A stretch of 64,000 bases of DNA from Dictyostelium discoideum (taxonomy: Eukaryota): NCBI GenBank assembly GCA_000004695.1, contig CM000150.2, positions 3,968,001 through 4,032,000 on the forward strand. The letters are read 5' to 3'. A model generated the notes under the pieces. That model was not told the DNA's origin, did not search any database, and worked only from the letters and a program-made list of their open reading frames with translations. The position numbers and the translations under genes were made by a program. Below, piece after piece: positions 24,422 to 40,300 of this stretch. Within the stretch, counting starts at the first letter, position 1; every line of letters begins with the position of its first letter.

Positions 24422-25146
24422 ATGAGCAGTCCAACACCTACTCCAAACAAATATAGAAATAATAGAAATAATAATAATAATAATAATTGTGACAATAAAA
24501 ATAATAATAATAGAAATAATAATAGAAATAATAATAAAAATAATAATAATGAAAGAGGAGGAGGGGGAAGAGGAAGAAGAAACAATAACCAACTACAACA
24601 ACAACAATATAATGATGATAATGATCCAGAATTATTATTAGCATTTGAAATTAGTAAAGCAGAGTATGAATTGGAACAAGAAAAACAAAAGAAAATTAAA
24701 GATGCAAATGATTTTTCAATTCCTTTATCAAAGAGTAGTTCAGAATTTATACCTTCATCTACTACAACAACAACTACAACAACCACTACAACCACAACTA
24801 CAGATACTGGAACTGTCAACACTACCACTAATAATAATAATAATAATAATATTAATAATAATAATATAAATGCAACCAAAAAAAAGAAAAAAGATCAAAT
24901 TGATATGACACATTTATTAAATAAAACACCACAACAGAATAATCAATATCAAAGACGTTATAACAACAACAACAACAACAATAATAATAATAATAATAAT
25001 AGTAATAATAATAACAATCATAATAATCATAATAAAAGGAGACCTAATAACTATAATAGTAATAGTAATTATAATTATAGCTATCACAGTAATAATAATT
25101 ATAATTATAGGAATGATTTCAGAGATAATTCATTTTTACAAGCAAA
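24422..25146 (+). CDS. RNF10-like RING E3 ligase, exon 1 (Asn-rich and Thr-rich low-complexity N-terminus).
   Basis: ORF-track ORF. The downstream RING exon has no in-frame ATG, so it needs an upstream exon. Donor CAAGCAAA|GTAAGT (phase 2) and acceptor ATTAG|T at 25304-25305 restore the frame (AA+T = Asn). Confidence 0.55.
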
Positions 25147-25305
25147 GTAAGTTAAGAATAAGCAGAATCTAATTAAGAATAGTTTCTATATAAAAATATA
25201 TATATAGGTTCTTTTTTTTTTATATGTTTTAATTTTTAAAAATAAATTTCGATGATATTAATACTATTATTAAATAATTAATTATTTATAATAAACATTA
25301 ATTAG

Positions 25306-26114
25306 TTATTTATTTAAAATTAATCCATATGGTAATTATACATCAGCATTAAAAGAAGCTGATAATTTTGTGGCATGGAATAAAGTTGAACAAGTAATTT
25401 ATTTAATTAATGAATCCCATTCAATTCAATGTCCAATTTGTTTAGAGAAACCAATAGCACCAAAGATTACAAAATGTGGCCATATCTTATGTTATACATG
25501 TATACTTCGTCTCTTATCACATTCAAGCAAATGTCCATTATGTTTTCAAATCATTCAATCTAAATCCGATTTAAAAAGTTTAATATTCAAAAATACTAAA
25601 AAATTTAATGAAAATGATTCAATCACTTTTCAATTATTAAAATTTCAAGAAGGTTCAATCGTACCATTTTTGGTTAATAATAATAATAATATTATTAATA
25701 ATAATAATAATAATAATTTAATACCAACAAAGATATCATTTCCAAATCAAGGTGATGAAAATCAATTATTTTCAAAGTTTTCAATAGTTACAGATATTGA
25801 TGATATTATTGAAGTTGAATTAAGGGAAATTTTAAAGAGTAGAGAAACAGAATTATCAGAGTCTGGTGGTGATTCTGAAACATTGGTTTTCTTAACTAAT
25901 GCAATGTCAGATATTGAAGATAGAAGGGAACAATATAAAACAATGACTGAAACTAGACATTTAATTGATGAAAAGAATTTCATTACATTAATTAATCAAA
26001 ATAATCAAACTAAAAATGAAAAGAAATTTGATTATTATACTTGTAGTAATAATTTTGAAATTAGAATGGCTTTAGAGGATTATTTAAATTCTAAAAATAA
26101 TGGTATTGATTATT

Positions 26115-26152
<38 letters not shown>

Positions 26153-27058
26153 GAAGAAGAGGAAGAAGAAGAAGAAACAGATAAAAAAAATAATAAACAA
26201 AAAAAATTAATAAATGAAAAAGAAAAAGAGGAAAAAGAAAAAGAAGAAAAAATTAATAAAGAAATTAAAGAATTAAAAATTACAACAACAACTACAACAA
26301 CTACAACAACAACAACAACTACAACAATTGAACCAGTTGTTGAAGTTTTACAATCAGAACAACAACAACAACAATTACAACAACAATTACAACAACAATT
26401 ACAACAACAACAACAACAATTATCATTATTACCAAAATTAAAAATTTCATATGAAAATCAACCATATAATGGTGTTTATTATTTATATCAATCAAATGAT
26501 GGACAAAAGATTTATTTACATCCATTGGATATGAAAATTATTGAATTTGAATTCAAGGATAAATCGATCAATGATATTCCATCAACTATTAAATCAAGAA
26601 TCATAGAGTTAGAGACTTACCAAGTTACAGAGCAATCAAGAAAGAAATTTAAATCATTAAATGTATTGGCTTTAACAACTAGTATTTTATTTGCAGAGAT
26701 TGATTTACATTCAATTGTATCAAAAGAAACTTTATCACATTTCAATAATGAACTTAGGGCAAGAAAAGATATTAGAAATCAAAAGAAAAGAAAAGAACAA
26801 AAATTACAAAGATCAAAAGAATTGGAAAGAGCAAAAGATATTGAAAGAGCTCAAGAATTGAAAGAAATTTATCTAAAAGAAAAAGAAATATCTTTACAAT
26901 TAGAAAGAGAACGTCTAGAAGAAGAAAGATTAGAATATGAAGAGAAATTAAAAAATGGTGAAATTAAAATTTCAAAGAAATTAGGTTTCTTAGATGCAAT
27001 TCAATCACATAATAATATTGATTCTTTAAATGATTTCCCTGAACTTTCTAAAAAATAA
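25306..27058 (+). CDS. RNF10-like RING E3 ligase, exon 2 (C3HC4 RING, conserved RNF10 C-terminal domain, charged coiled coil).
   Basis: CPICLEKPIAPKITKCGHILCYTCILRLLSHSSKCPLCFQIIQSKSDLKSL matches human RNF10 [31 protein letters not shown]...KCPICYSSVHKKDLKSV. Confidence 0.8.
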
Positions 27059-27582
27059 AAAATATAAAATATTAAAAAAATAATAACACATGATATCAAT
27101 CATCAGTTAATTAAAAAAAAAAAAAAAAAAAATAAAATAAAATTGTAACTAAAAATAAATTAAAAAAAATTAAAAAATAATTTATAAATAATAATTTTAT
27201 TAAAATTTCATTAAAAATAAAATAAAAAATAAAAAATAAAACAATGGATGTGTTAAAGATAATTTAATAATAATAATAAAAATAAATAGGGGGGGAGGGG
27301 GTTGTTTGTTTTATTTTTTTTATTTTTATTTTTTTGTTTTTTATTTTAATTTTTAATTTTTTTTTTGGGTTTATAAATAGAAAAATAATAATAAAAATTC
27401 ATTGTAAATCTATTAATAGAATTGGAAAAAAATGGAATTTATAAAATTATTATTTAAGTATGTAAAAAATATATATAATTCTTTTTTTTTTTTAAACAAA
27501 AAATATTTAAAATTAAAAAAAAAAAAAAAGAGAATCAATTGATTATTTTATATATAGAGCAAGAGATGAAAATTTATATAGA

Positions 27583-30500
27583 ATGTTATACTTTCCATTA
27601 GTATATGGTAGTGCATATGCAATTGGTAGTGTATTTGTAGTAGTTGGTATATTTGAAAGATTTTTTAGACCATTTGAAATTTATTGGATGTTAAATTTTA
27701 CAGTTTGGGCAATGATATCAAGTCATAATTATGTATCAATTATAAAGAATTCAATTAGAATTTCAATTTCAGTTATAATTGGTGCAATTGTATCATATGG
27801 ATCATTATCAATAGTTGGTGAAAGTGTTTGGCCGAATGGTTTCATATTTTTTGTATTTTTATTTTTAGCATCTGGTATAATGATGTCATCAAAGTTATTA
27901 CCATTTACATTTGGTAAATTTATGTTTATTTCATATTATTTCTTAACTTTTACAGAAGTGAAATATAGAGTACCATTTTATTCACCAATTACACATTTAA
28001 AATATTGTTTGGGAACAATCATATCAATTGGTATTTGTTTAATTACATGTACCCTTTATAGAATGAAATTTTCAAATGATTTATTCATTAGAATTACGTT
28101 TAATATATTTAGTGAAATTAAAGATTATATTAGAACATCACAAAAAATACTTCATCAAAAAATTAATTTACATAAAAAAAATAAAAATAAAAATAAAAAA
28201 GTTGAAGTACAAGTAGAAGAAAAAGAAAAAGAAAAAGTACAAGTAGAAGAAGAAGAAAATAATAAAATTTTATTTTTTAATAAAAAATTAACATTTAAAA
28301 AAAGATTAGATTTTCATTTTTATGAATATTCTAGATTATTAAATGGATTAAATTCATATTTAAATGAATGTAAAAAAGAATTTCAGTCAAATAAAGATTT
28401 AATATTTCATTTTGAAAAAGTTCAAGTTATTTTAGAAAGAAATCATAAGAAATTATATGCAATTGGGTTTGGTTTAACTCAATCATTTTCAATTGAATAT
28501 TTAAGTCAAATTCAACCAATAATTCCATTAATTGATAAATTAATTACAGAGACTGAATGTATTTTTAATATTATGGAAAAACAATTAAGAAAAAAGTATA
28601 TTCATTATGATAATCATGAATATGTTAAATGGTTTTTAAAATTACATAGTTTAGATGTAACAAATCAAAAATTATATGAAGAAGCAAATAAACAATATTT
28701 TCATACTTATCCATTTTTAATTGATGATATGAATATAATTTTAAATGATTTATTACCAAAATTAAAAAATAATAAAAATATAAGTGGTATTGGTAGTGGA
28801 ATTGGTATTGGTGGTGGTATAGGTAGTAGTAGTGGTGGTAGTGGTAGTAGTAGAGGAAGTGGTGATGGTAGTGGTAGTGGTGATGGTAGTGGTAGTAATG
28901 GTAGTAGTGGTAATTGTGGTGAAAATCCATTTAGAATTAATTCATTAGAATTTTATCAATTTGAAATTAATGAATCATTTAAAAGAGTTGATAAAATTAC
29001 AAAGAATTTAGAAGAAGAATTTACATCAATTTTTAAAGATAAAAAACCATTTAATCCAAATGATGATAATATTTTAACAAAAATTAGTTTTAGTGTTGAA
29101 GGTTTTGCTTTATTTATACAAGAACAAAAGTATTTATCTAAACAAGTATTTTTAATATCATATCATTTATCATTAAAAAAGTATAGACCAAGGGAAATTC
29201 TATATTTACAATCATTTTTTTATAAATTAAAAAAATGTTTTTTAATATTAAATGAAAGAAAAGTATTAAATGAAATTGAGAATGAAAAACTACTAAATAG
29301 AATTTATAAATTAAATTACACATTTATTAAAAAAGTTAAAATATTTTTAAAATATTTAATTTTTAAAAGAATTTTGTATGATTGGATATTTTCATTAAAA
29401 TATTCAATAGTGATTACATGTGGTGCTGTAGGAATTTACGAAATTAATAAAAATTCGGATTTTATATTATTTGAAAAATTGTCATGGGCTTTGGATACGT
29501 TTATAGTGATTTCTCAACCTGATATTGGCGCAATTGGATTCGTCAGTGCTACACGTATAGTTGGTACAATGATTGGAGGTTTCAGTGGATTCGCATGTGT
29601 AGTACTAAGTAAGTTAGGTCAATCAGAAGTTGCAGCCGCTTTTATTTATAGTGGTTTTTCATTTTTTATAATTACTTTAATTGCATTTTTAATTCAAGAA
29701 CAACCATTTGAAAATATGATTCAAATTATAATTTTCACATATTCAACAATATCTGTACCACAATTTGAACAAAGAAAAGAGTCAATAATATATGCATTAT
29801 TTAAAATTGCTCATGTCACATTTGGTGTAATCGTTGTATTATTAGTTGCAATGATTTCACCCTATTTCGATTTCAAACAATTAGAAAAGAATCTTTATAA
29901 AATACCAGAAGCAATAATTGATATGCTTGATTTTTTATTATATTATAGTTTTACATTAAATCCACCAAATAAAAATATTGATAAAGAAATTTCATTAATT
30001 ATTCCAGAAAATAATTCAACAAAAACTATAAATGGTTCAAAAAATGAAAATGAAAATGAAAATGAAAAAGAAAATGAAGAAATTAATAATTTAAAAGATG
30101 ATATTGAAAATAATATTAAATCAATTAATAAATTAACATTTAGAGAATATCGTATATTAATTGGTAAAAAGTATATTAAATTAAGAAGAGTTTTCCCACT
30201 ACAAAGGCAATTGTTGATTGATTCTGGTTTTGAGTTATTTTTTAATTTTAAAAAGTATGAAAGAATTAAAAGTATTTTATACTCAATTCAAAAATTACAT
30301 AATTTATTCGGTGCTTTGGAATTCATGATTATCGAGGCAAATTATCAACAATATATAAGATCAATTGGGTCATTATCAATTGAACTAAATCAATCATTAA
30401 TGAATGATCTTTTAAAAACTTCAAGTGATTTGGCAAATTTATTACCAGTGAAAAATAAAAATATTAATTTTACAAAGAAAACTTCAAAACAATTATCATT

Positions 30501-30696
30501 GGCAGTTGATAAAGATAATAGTATTCAATTATGTAATCAATTAATTAAACATATTGATTTATTAATTGATAGTTTTAATTTTCCATTAGTTCCATATCAT
30601 AGAGTTAATGCAATTTTATATGCATTATTTTGTTTTGTAAATCAATATAATATAGTTTATAATAAATTAATTTTATATAAAAATATTTCAATTAAA

Positions 30697-30741
<45 letters not shown>

Positions 30742-30774
30742 GAAAGTGATCAAATTTTAAATATTAAAAATTAA
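27583..30774 (+). CDS. Large polytopic membrane protein (1063 aa) resembling the FUSC/ArAE (fusaric-acid-resistance/aromatic-acid exporter, ALMT-like) family. Two hydrophobic blocks separated by a long hydrophilic loop.
   Basis: N-terminal ~6 TM helices (residues 1-160). Second TM block ...SIVITCGAVGIYEI...ISQPDIGAIGFVSATRIVGTMIGGFSGFACVVLS.... G/S-rich linker. Single exon. Confidence 0.55.
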
Positions 30775-31183
30775 AAAAAATAAAATATATTATGTTTAGT
30801 TCTTTTTAAAAAATTATTTTCCAACTCCATTAATTTTTTTTTAAAATATCTGAACACCAAATTAATAATTATTATTATTTTTTTCTTTTTTTTTTTTTAT
30901 TTTTTTAAAAATGAAATAATAAATTTTTTTTTTTATTTATTTTTGATCTATACAAAATAACCCCCACCTTTTTAATTTTTCCTTTTTTTTATTTTCATTT
31001 AAATTATTTTTTTTTATATTTTATTTTTTTTTTTATGTATAATGAAAGCACACATCAAAATAAAAAAAAAAAAAAAAAAAAAATTTAATAGCATATTCTT
31101 ATAAAAAAAGAAGCACAACACAAATAAATAAATAATTTAAGAAACAATTTATAAATAAAAGAAATAGTTGGAAAAAAAAAAGA

Positions 31184-31485
31184 ATGTTTTCAAGAGTGAA
31201 ATATATAAACATTTTAATATCATCAATTATTTTATTCATTGTCTTTAATTTTGTTGAATGTTCGAATAAATTAAAAGAAGATAATAATAATAATTTTAAT
31301 AATAATTATAGTAATGAATATTATAGCAATAAACAATTAAATTTTAAAAAACCAATTAAACAAAATAATCAAAGTGATGGATTACATTTATCAGAGAATG
31401 ATAGGACATATAGTTTCGATTCAAATTATTGTTTAAATGAATTTATTTTAGATAAAATAGAAAACGATTTAACTTTATTTCAAAA
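31184..31485 (+). CDS. Transmembrane RING E3 ligase with luminal MRH-like domain, exon 1 (signal peptide plus N-rich region).
   Basis: MFSRVKYINILISSIILFIVFNFVECS... signal peptide. Donor AA|GTAATT, phase 2. Confidence 0.6.
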
Positions 31486-31504
31486 GTAATTAATTTTTTT
31501 AATG

Positions 31505-31550
<46 letters not shown>

Positions 31551-31575
31551 TAATAATTTTTTTAAAAATAAATAG

Positions 31576-31976
31576 TACTATTTATAAAATTAATTTTAAT
31601 AAAACATTTGATATATTTGTTAATTTATGTTTAATTAATAAGACAACAACACCTTGTAAAACAGATGAATCAGTATGTATGGTTAATTCAAATACAGGAT
31701 TGGAGATTGAAAATTTAGGTTATTTCAATACATTGGAATACGCCAATAACAATGCATTGGGTGTAGATTTCTCATTTGTTGGTGGTCAATGTTTAAATTT
31801 TGGACATGGAGGATTCGGTAGTGATAGTAGTGGTGATTCAATCTATTATAAAACAAATATTAGTTTAATTTGTGGTTCAAATGATAATGAAACAATGATC
31901 TCATTTTTAAATCCTTGTCATTTATCAATTATTATTAAAACAACTAATAATTGTGTAGTTTCAAGTCAATCAATTA
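31576..31976 (+). CDS. Transmembrane RING E3 ligase, exon 2 (Cys-containing luminal domain with mannose-6-phosphate-receptor-homology-like pattern).
   Basis: ...TTTPCKTDESVCMVNS...GQCLNFGHGGFGSDSSGDSIYYKTNISLICGSNDNETMISFLNPCHLSIIIKTTNNC.... Acceptor AATAG|T supplies the third base of Asn. Donor A|GTATGT, phase 1. Confidence 0.6.
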
Positions 31977-32075
31977 GTATGTATACTTTATTCATTTTCA
32001 TTTTCATTTTTTAATTATATATTATATATTATTGCTATTTACAATAATTTTTTTTTTTTTTTTATAAAAATTTAG

Positions 32076-32349
32076 ATTCAGTTTTAAAAATTTTTGTTAT
32101 TTTATTTGCAGTTATTATAGCATTCGCTTTTATTATTGGGTTAAGTGTATTATGTAGAGAGAAATTAAAAAAAATTTGTTGTTGCTTTGGTCAAAACAGA
32201 AATAGTTTAAATAATTTAAATCAAAATAATATAAATATAAATGATGATTCTCTAAATAATATTCAACAACCAAATGAAAATACACATTTATTAAATAATA
32301 ATAATAATAATGGTATAAGTCTAATTAATAATAACAATAACAATAGCCA

Positions 32350-32432
<83 letters not shown>

Positions 32433-32647
32433 GTAATAGTAATAGTGGAAACGTATTTAATCATAATGTACTCCAGGGTGAAACACCAGAATCAGATTGT
32501 TGCACAATTTGTTTTGATTCAAAAATCAATGCAGTTTTGTTAAAATGTGGACATTGTGCAGTATGCTTGCAGTGCACTAGAAAAATTAGTATTTGTCCAA
32601 TTTGTAGACAAAAAATTGATTCTGTAGTTCAAATGTATCAAGTTTAA
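32076..32647 (+). CDS. Transmembrane RING E3 ligase, exon 3 (TM helix, poly-N, C-terminal RING-HC of the XIAP/MUL1 type).
   Basis: SVLKIFVILFAVIIAFAFIIGLSVLC (TM), then ...ESDCCTICFDSKINAVLLKCGHCAVCLQCTRKISICPICRQKIDSVVQMYQV*. Confidence 0.75.
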
Positions 32648-33178
32648 TTGATGCATATATATAAAAAAAAAGTAGACATAATTCTTAAAAATGAAAAAAT
32701 AAATTATGATCAATTTAATTTAATCCTTTTATCATTTTAATTTTAATAAAATTTTGTTCAACAAATATATATATATTTTTTTTTTTTTAACATTATTAAA
32801 AAAGTTTTTTTTTTATTTCTAAATAAAATCAAATACACTATAAATTATATTAATAAACTGTAAAGTTAAATTTATTATGAAAAGTAAAAAATACTGTATA
32901 TTTCAAATTCATTATTTTTATTATTATCTACTACATTGAAATTTTTTTTTTTTTTTAAAAAAAATAAAATTATATATGTATCTTTTAAATATAAATTAAT
33001 CATTACAATAAAATTTGTAAAAACCCCGCTTTTTTTTCTTTTTTTTCATTTCCAAATTTATTTAATTTTTAATTTTTTTTATATTTTATTTTATATTTTT
33101 TTTTAAACTTAATTTAAATTTGTTTTTATTGTTTTTCAGTTTATTATTATTAACAATGAAAAACCAATAAAAAAAAGA

Positions 33179-34462
<1,284 letters not shown>

Positions 34463-34802
34463 TAAAAAAACAAAAATAATAATTGATTATTACCAACACA
34501 TGTCAAAAGAATGAATCAAATAAAAAGATAATTTTTTTTTTTTTTTTTTTCTTATTTTTTTTTCATTTTTTTCTTAAATTTTTAATGCTTTTGTAATTTA
34601 ATTATTGTGAAAAATTAATACAATAAAAAAATGATTTAAAAAAAAAAAACCGGAGATTTTTTTATTTTTTTAGAGAATTTGATTCATTGAAAGGGTTTGT
34701 AGATCTAGATATTTTTTTTAAAATTTTTTTTATTTGGTTGGAACTTGTTTTTTTTTTTTAAATAATTTCACATCATAATACATTTAAATAAATATTAAAA
34801 AA

Positions 34803-37041
34803 ATGATTAATAAATCATTTTTATTGATATCAATTTTATTACTTTTAAATAATAGTAAAATTATAGATTCTACATCATCATGTCCAGCAGGTACAAATAA
34901 TATGGCAAATGGTGGTTGTCCAACTGTTATGTATCCTGATCTAAATTGTGAATGTGATAATGGACAATGTTTTGCATGTTTAGATATTGATGAATGTATA
35001 AGTGGTCATAATTGTGTAGCACCAGCATACTGTGTGAATGATTATGCAACATTTTCTTGTAAATGTCCACCAAATGGTTATACTCCAAATGGAACTGGTT
35101 GTGATGATATTAATGAATGTAGTTTAGGAAGTCATGATTGTGTAACACCTGCATACTGTGTGAATAAAATTGGTTCATTTACATGCGAGTGTCTAAATGG
35201 TTATACATTATCTTCAAATAGTAAATCATGTGATGATGTCGATGAATGTACTACTACTCCAACTATTTGTGGTTCTGCAACATGTATGAATACACAAGGA
35301 GGTTATAAATGTAATTGTCAAGAAGGTTATATCTATAGTCCGATAACAAGTAGTTGTTTAGATATTGACGAATGTACTAATCCATCCATTTGCGGTTCTG
35401 CAATTTGTAATAATTCACCTGGTAGTTTCTTTTGTCAATGTCTAAATGGGTATTCATATAATTCAGTATCAAAAGCATGCGATGATGTAAATGAATGTAT
35501 TGACACACCAACCGTTTGTGGTTCTGCAAAATGCACAAATATAGATGGTGGTTATATTTGTAATTGTGACATTGGTCTCAGTTATGATTCATCAACAAAG
35601 AGTTGTTTAGATTATAATGAGTGTAGTATGGGTACTCATAATTGTGTTTCACCTGCAACTTGTGTAAACACTCATGCTTCATTTACTTGTGAATGTATTA
35701 ATCAACCAGGATATACTCTTTCAAATAATGGAACAAATTGTATCGATATTGATGAATGTAGTTTAGATACTGATGATTGTATTTCACCTGCCTATTGTGT
35801 AAATGAGCCAGCTGGTTCATTTACATGTGTATGTAATGACGGTTATACTCTATCAGGTGATGCAAAAAGTTGTATTGACATTGATGAATGTAGTTCAAGT
35901 ACTCATGATTGTGTTTCACCTGCGACTTGCGTAAACAATGATGGTTCATTTTCTTGTATTTGCAAAGATGTACCAGGTTATTCTTTATCAAGTAATGGAA
36001 AAAGTTGTTCAAAAAATAATATTTCAATTTCATCAGTTATACCATCATTTACCAATGGAGGTGAAGCAAGTTTTATTGGTGTATTTGGAAATACATTTAA
36101 AGATTTATCATTGTTAATCGGTTCAAATAATTGTTCAATAATAGCCAACTCATCAAATTTAATAAAATGTACAGCCCCTCCAGGTCAAGGTGTCCATTCT
36201 GTTATATTAAATATAGATGGTGAACAATATATTGCAAATCAAATCTATCAATATCAAAATCAAATTCTTCAATGTCCAAATGATTGTTTATCAAAATTAA
36301 ATCAAGGTATATGTGATTCAAAAACAGGTCAATGTAAATGTAATACAGGTTTCAATTCATATGATTGTAGTGGTATTATAATTTTAGATGATACAAAGAG
36401 TAATGGTGGAATTAAATTTGATAATCATACCAATTCATTTACAACTGATGATAATAATGTTAAATTTTTGATTTATTATAAACTATTAAAAGAAGTTGGA
36501 TTTGATGGTCAGGTTTATAAAACTTACCCATTGAAAAAAGAATGGATTTTAAATAGTACTTTTGAAAATGAAATGATATTTGAACAAACCATTTCACATG
36601 ATTCAAATTGTAAAATTATTACTCACTTTCAAGAAATAAAAGATGAAAAAAAAGCATTTCAATTTGCAAATGAACAATTTTATTTGGAAAAAGGGTCAAT
36701 TAAAGTTACAATTAAAGTTACAAAATATGATTATATAAATAATTTAAATACCTTGGAATTGGAATTAATTTCATCAATTGAAGAACAAGATCAAAATAGA
36801 AATGATTGTAATAGTAAAGATATCGATATTGAAGATATTAATAGTCCAGCATCTTCAAAATTTAGTTTTATTAAAATTTCAAAAGATAATAAAATATTTT
36901 CTGGTAGATTTTTAAATAAATTATTATCAGATAATAGAGAAACCTTTTTTTCAACTGAAAATATTAAAGATTTGGAATCAAATTCAATTACAACTTTATT
37001 AAAATTACCACATTTTAATAATGAATGTATTATTGATCCTG
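34803..37041 (+). CDS. Type I membrane protein with ~9 tandem calcium-binding EGF-like domains, an IPT/TIG domain and a laminin-type EGF, exon 1 (extracellular part).
   Basis: Signal peptide MINKSFLLISILLLLNNSKI. Repeated D-[IV]-[DN]-EC-x(6-10)-C-x-N-x(4)-F-x-C-x-C consensus (cbEGF). IPT-like ...ISSVIPSFTNGGEASFIGVFGNTF...CSIIANSSNLIKCTAPPGQGVHSVILNIDGEQY. Donor G|GTATGT, phase 1. Confidence 0.85.
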
Positions 37042-37117
37042 GTATGTTTATTATTACTTAAACAAACATTATTTTATTATTATTTTAAATACTAATAAAA
37101 AAGTTTGTTAACTTTAG

Positions 37118-37323
37118 ATTTTTCTGTATTATTATCAACTGATTTCAAAGAAAATTGTAAAGAGGATAATAGAAAATGGGTAATACCGGTTTCAATTGTA
37201 ATTCCAGTTGTATTCGTAGCTTCTGCCATAATTTTTATTTCAATAATTTATAAAAAATCAACAACAGTTAAAATTGGTTTAAAAAAATTTAAATCAATAA
37301 AATTAAATTCAATGAAAGGTTAA
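37118..37323 (+). CDS. cbEGF/IPT membrane protein, exon 2 (TM helix and short cytoplasmic tail).
   Basis: ...WVIPVSIVIPVVFVASAIIFISIIYKKSTTVKIGLKKFK...*. Acceptor TTTAG|AT completes GAT. Confidence 0.75.
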
Positions 37324-37378
37324 GCACAATAAATAAAGTTAAAAAAAAAAAAAAAAAAATTGAAATTATTAATTTGTT

Positions 37379-40300
37379 TCTTTTTTTTTTATAAATCAAC
37401 CAATAATGATAAAATAATTTTCAAAACAATAGGTTAAAAATCATAAACACTAGAAACCATTGTAACTTATGTTGTTTTTGAATCAAAAACCATTAGAATA
37501 CTCATAAATACCATAAACAAATATATTAACATTAATATTATTAAAAATTTCTCATAATAAAAGAAATAATTATTTTTAAAAAACAAAGAATTTATTATTG
37601 TTTTGTAATTGTAGAAAATTTTACTATTTATTATAGAGTGGCTAGTTTGGAAGTACTGTGCTTGGTAAACAATAGTCTTTTATAATTTGATTTTTAAATA
37701 TTTTCAATTTGTTTGATGTATTCTGTTTTGTTACAAATTGAGAGTGTTTTGATAATGATAGTTTATAGTTTTTAACTTTGTTTATGCAATCCAAGTTTGC
37801 GGTACCATTTACTCTATTTATAGGTAGATATCCAAAAAATCTTTAAAGTTCGATTCCAGGTTTAAAGATTTTTTGTTTTTTTTTTGATATAAATAAACTA
37901 TTGTAGTATACAATTAGTATGTTATTTTTTATTTATTTATTTTAGGTTTTTTAGTTTTTGTGAATTTAAAATAGTATGTTATTTTAGATTAGGTAATTAA
38001 TAATTAATTGGTGGTGTAATTGTTGGAATTGGTTCATTTGTGTTTATGCTCCATTCTTTTTTAAATTTTTTGATGGTTTCGGACCATTGGGTTTCTTTTT
38101 GAGTTTTTGTGAGGTTGTTTTTAATTGAGTATTGGTTAAAGTTTGATAAAGTTCTTGAATATTCCAATCTTATTAGCTTGTGCCATTTTGATTTTAATAT
38201 ATCATAATCTAGTGTTGTGTTGTTTATTTGGTTGTTCCAATTATCAATTGATTGAGTTATATTGATGTCAAATAATGATTTGCATAACCATATCCATATT
38301 TGGTGAATAACTAATGAGATTATGTTCCAATATGCATGTGTTCTGACTAGATCAAGATTTGTGTTTATATAATTCCAGTTGAACCTGTATTTTTTATATT
38401 GTGCGTTTTCTGCAAAATGAAAATTAATATTGATAGTTGGATCTGGTTTAAATGCTTTGTTGTTTGTTTGTGGTTTATAAATGAGTGTGTATAATTTTGT
38501 TGTTTGGTTTTTTGTTAGTGACCAGTTTTTGTTTCCATTGCAATTTTTATAAATAAAATATTTTAATTTGTCGTGGTTTATGAAGTTGAATGTGTGCTGA
38601 CAATTGAAAAACAAATGACCATAGGGATCATTATTCATTTCATTGTTGCAAATGGGGCAAACTTTGTTGTGTAGATGATTAATCGGAAGACATCTAGCAT
38701 GGAATCTTTGCATTGTATCACGGCCTTTTGGATCTTTTAATTTTTGAATTTTGACAAATAGTTGGTCGTATGTGTATTTCCATAATAGTTGTATTGATTG
38801 TTGGTGCGAAGTAAGAAGTAGATCTGAATATTTCTTGCCAATATAGTCTTTTGATTTACATTGGTGATTGTTTAGTATTGTCGAGTAGATTTCTTTGAGT
38901 GTTGGTGGTAATGGAATATTATTTGTGTTTAATGTTTGAGAGGTTTGATTTTTTATTAATATTGGTTGTAGGATTTGAACTTTATCTTTTAGATATCCAA
39001 TTTGAGTTGCATAGTTTTCCCATTCTTTTTTGATTTTTATAAGGTATGGAGAAGAGATTGATTTGTTGATGATTTGATCCATCCAACTTATCATGTATAT
39101 TGAATTTTTTGCAGATTTATGCATTTGTAAAAATCTGTTGTATATCCAAATCTTTTGAGCAACTTGTCGTAATTGTATATTCCACATACCCCAACCACCT
39201 TCTTTTAATGGTTTTAATGATCTATCATAACACATCGAAGGTATTTTTGCACGTGAATGGATGGTTGATGTGTTGTTTTCAATGGAATTGGTATTGAGAG
39301 TTGGTGATTCAGAATTTGCGGGAGAATTCATAAACCATGAGATTAATTTATTAATTTGAATTTCTTCATCTTTTGTAAATTCTTCAAGGTATGATAAATA
39401 TGTTATTGGTGATAGTGAGTAGGTGTTTATGATGGTTGTTTTTGTTTTTAAAATGTTGTGCCACTAGTTTTCCATAGTACTAATGATTTATTCAACGTTT
39501 TCATTGTTTCTGGTAATTTCCTATGTAAACCTTTATGATTAAAGAAATAGCCAAGGACTCTTTCAGATTGATCTTTTTTGGTTATTGGTATTCTTTTTGA
39601 TTGTGAAATATTGTTTATTATGTGTTTATCAGTGATTTTGTGGGGTTGATTTCTATTATTGCACTTTTGTCAAAATTTAATGATGATGATGTTGAAGCGC
39701 AGAAATTATCGAAATGTTTGATTGATTGTTGTTGTTGTTCGTAGTTGATGTTGTATGTTGTAGAGTCGTCTGCAAATTGGGTAAATTTGATTTTAATTTG
39801 TGGATTGGGTGAAATTGGTAATCCAATTATTGAATTGTCTGCATTGTTCTTGCTTATATTTCAATTACAATTACAAATAAAGTGGCTGAGATTGGGTCAC
39901 CTTGTTTTACACCTCTTTTAATATCGAATTTTCTGGTCGTTTTACCATTAATTGAAATTTTTGCTTGTGAGTCAGATAATAGCTTGTGGATTAAATTTAT
40001 TAATTTTATTGGTATACCAATATGAATTAATGTTCTTTTAATACTATCGTGAGAGATAGAATCAAATGCTTTAAAGAAGTCAATAGTGTGATGATACCAG
40101 GGAGGTTTTTAGATTTGAGGTAGTTGATTAATTCATTGATGTTGATGTTGTCTATGATGAATCTGTGGGGTACGAAACCAGTTTGGTTGTTATTTATGAT
40201 GAAAGGAAGTATTCTTAGAAGACGTGCATTGATTACTTTTGAGAGGATCTTGTAATCAGTGTTTAGAAGTGTAATGGGACGACGATTTGATATGAGTAAG

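Noticed and set aside
31490-31575. Alternative first-intron acceptor for the RING-TM gene at AATAAG|ACA (31652)
   Set aside because: That acceptor is phase 0, but the only GT donor after exon 1 (AA|GTAATT) is phase 2. The acceptor AAATAG|T at 31574-31575 restores the frame and keeps additional conserved-looking sequence.
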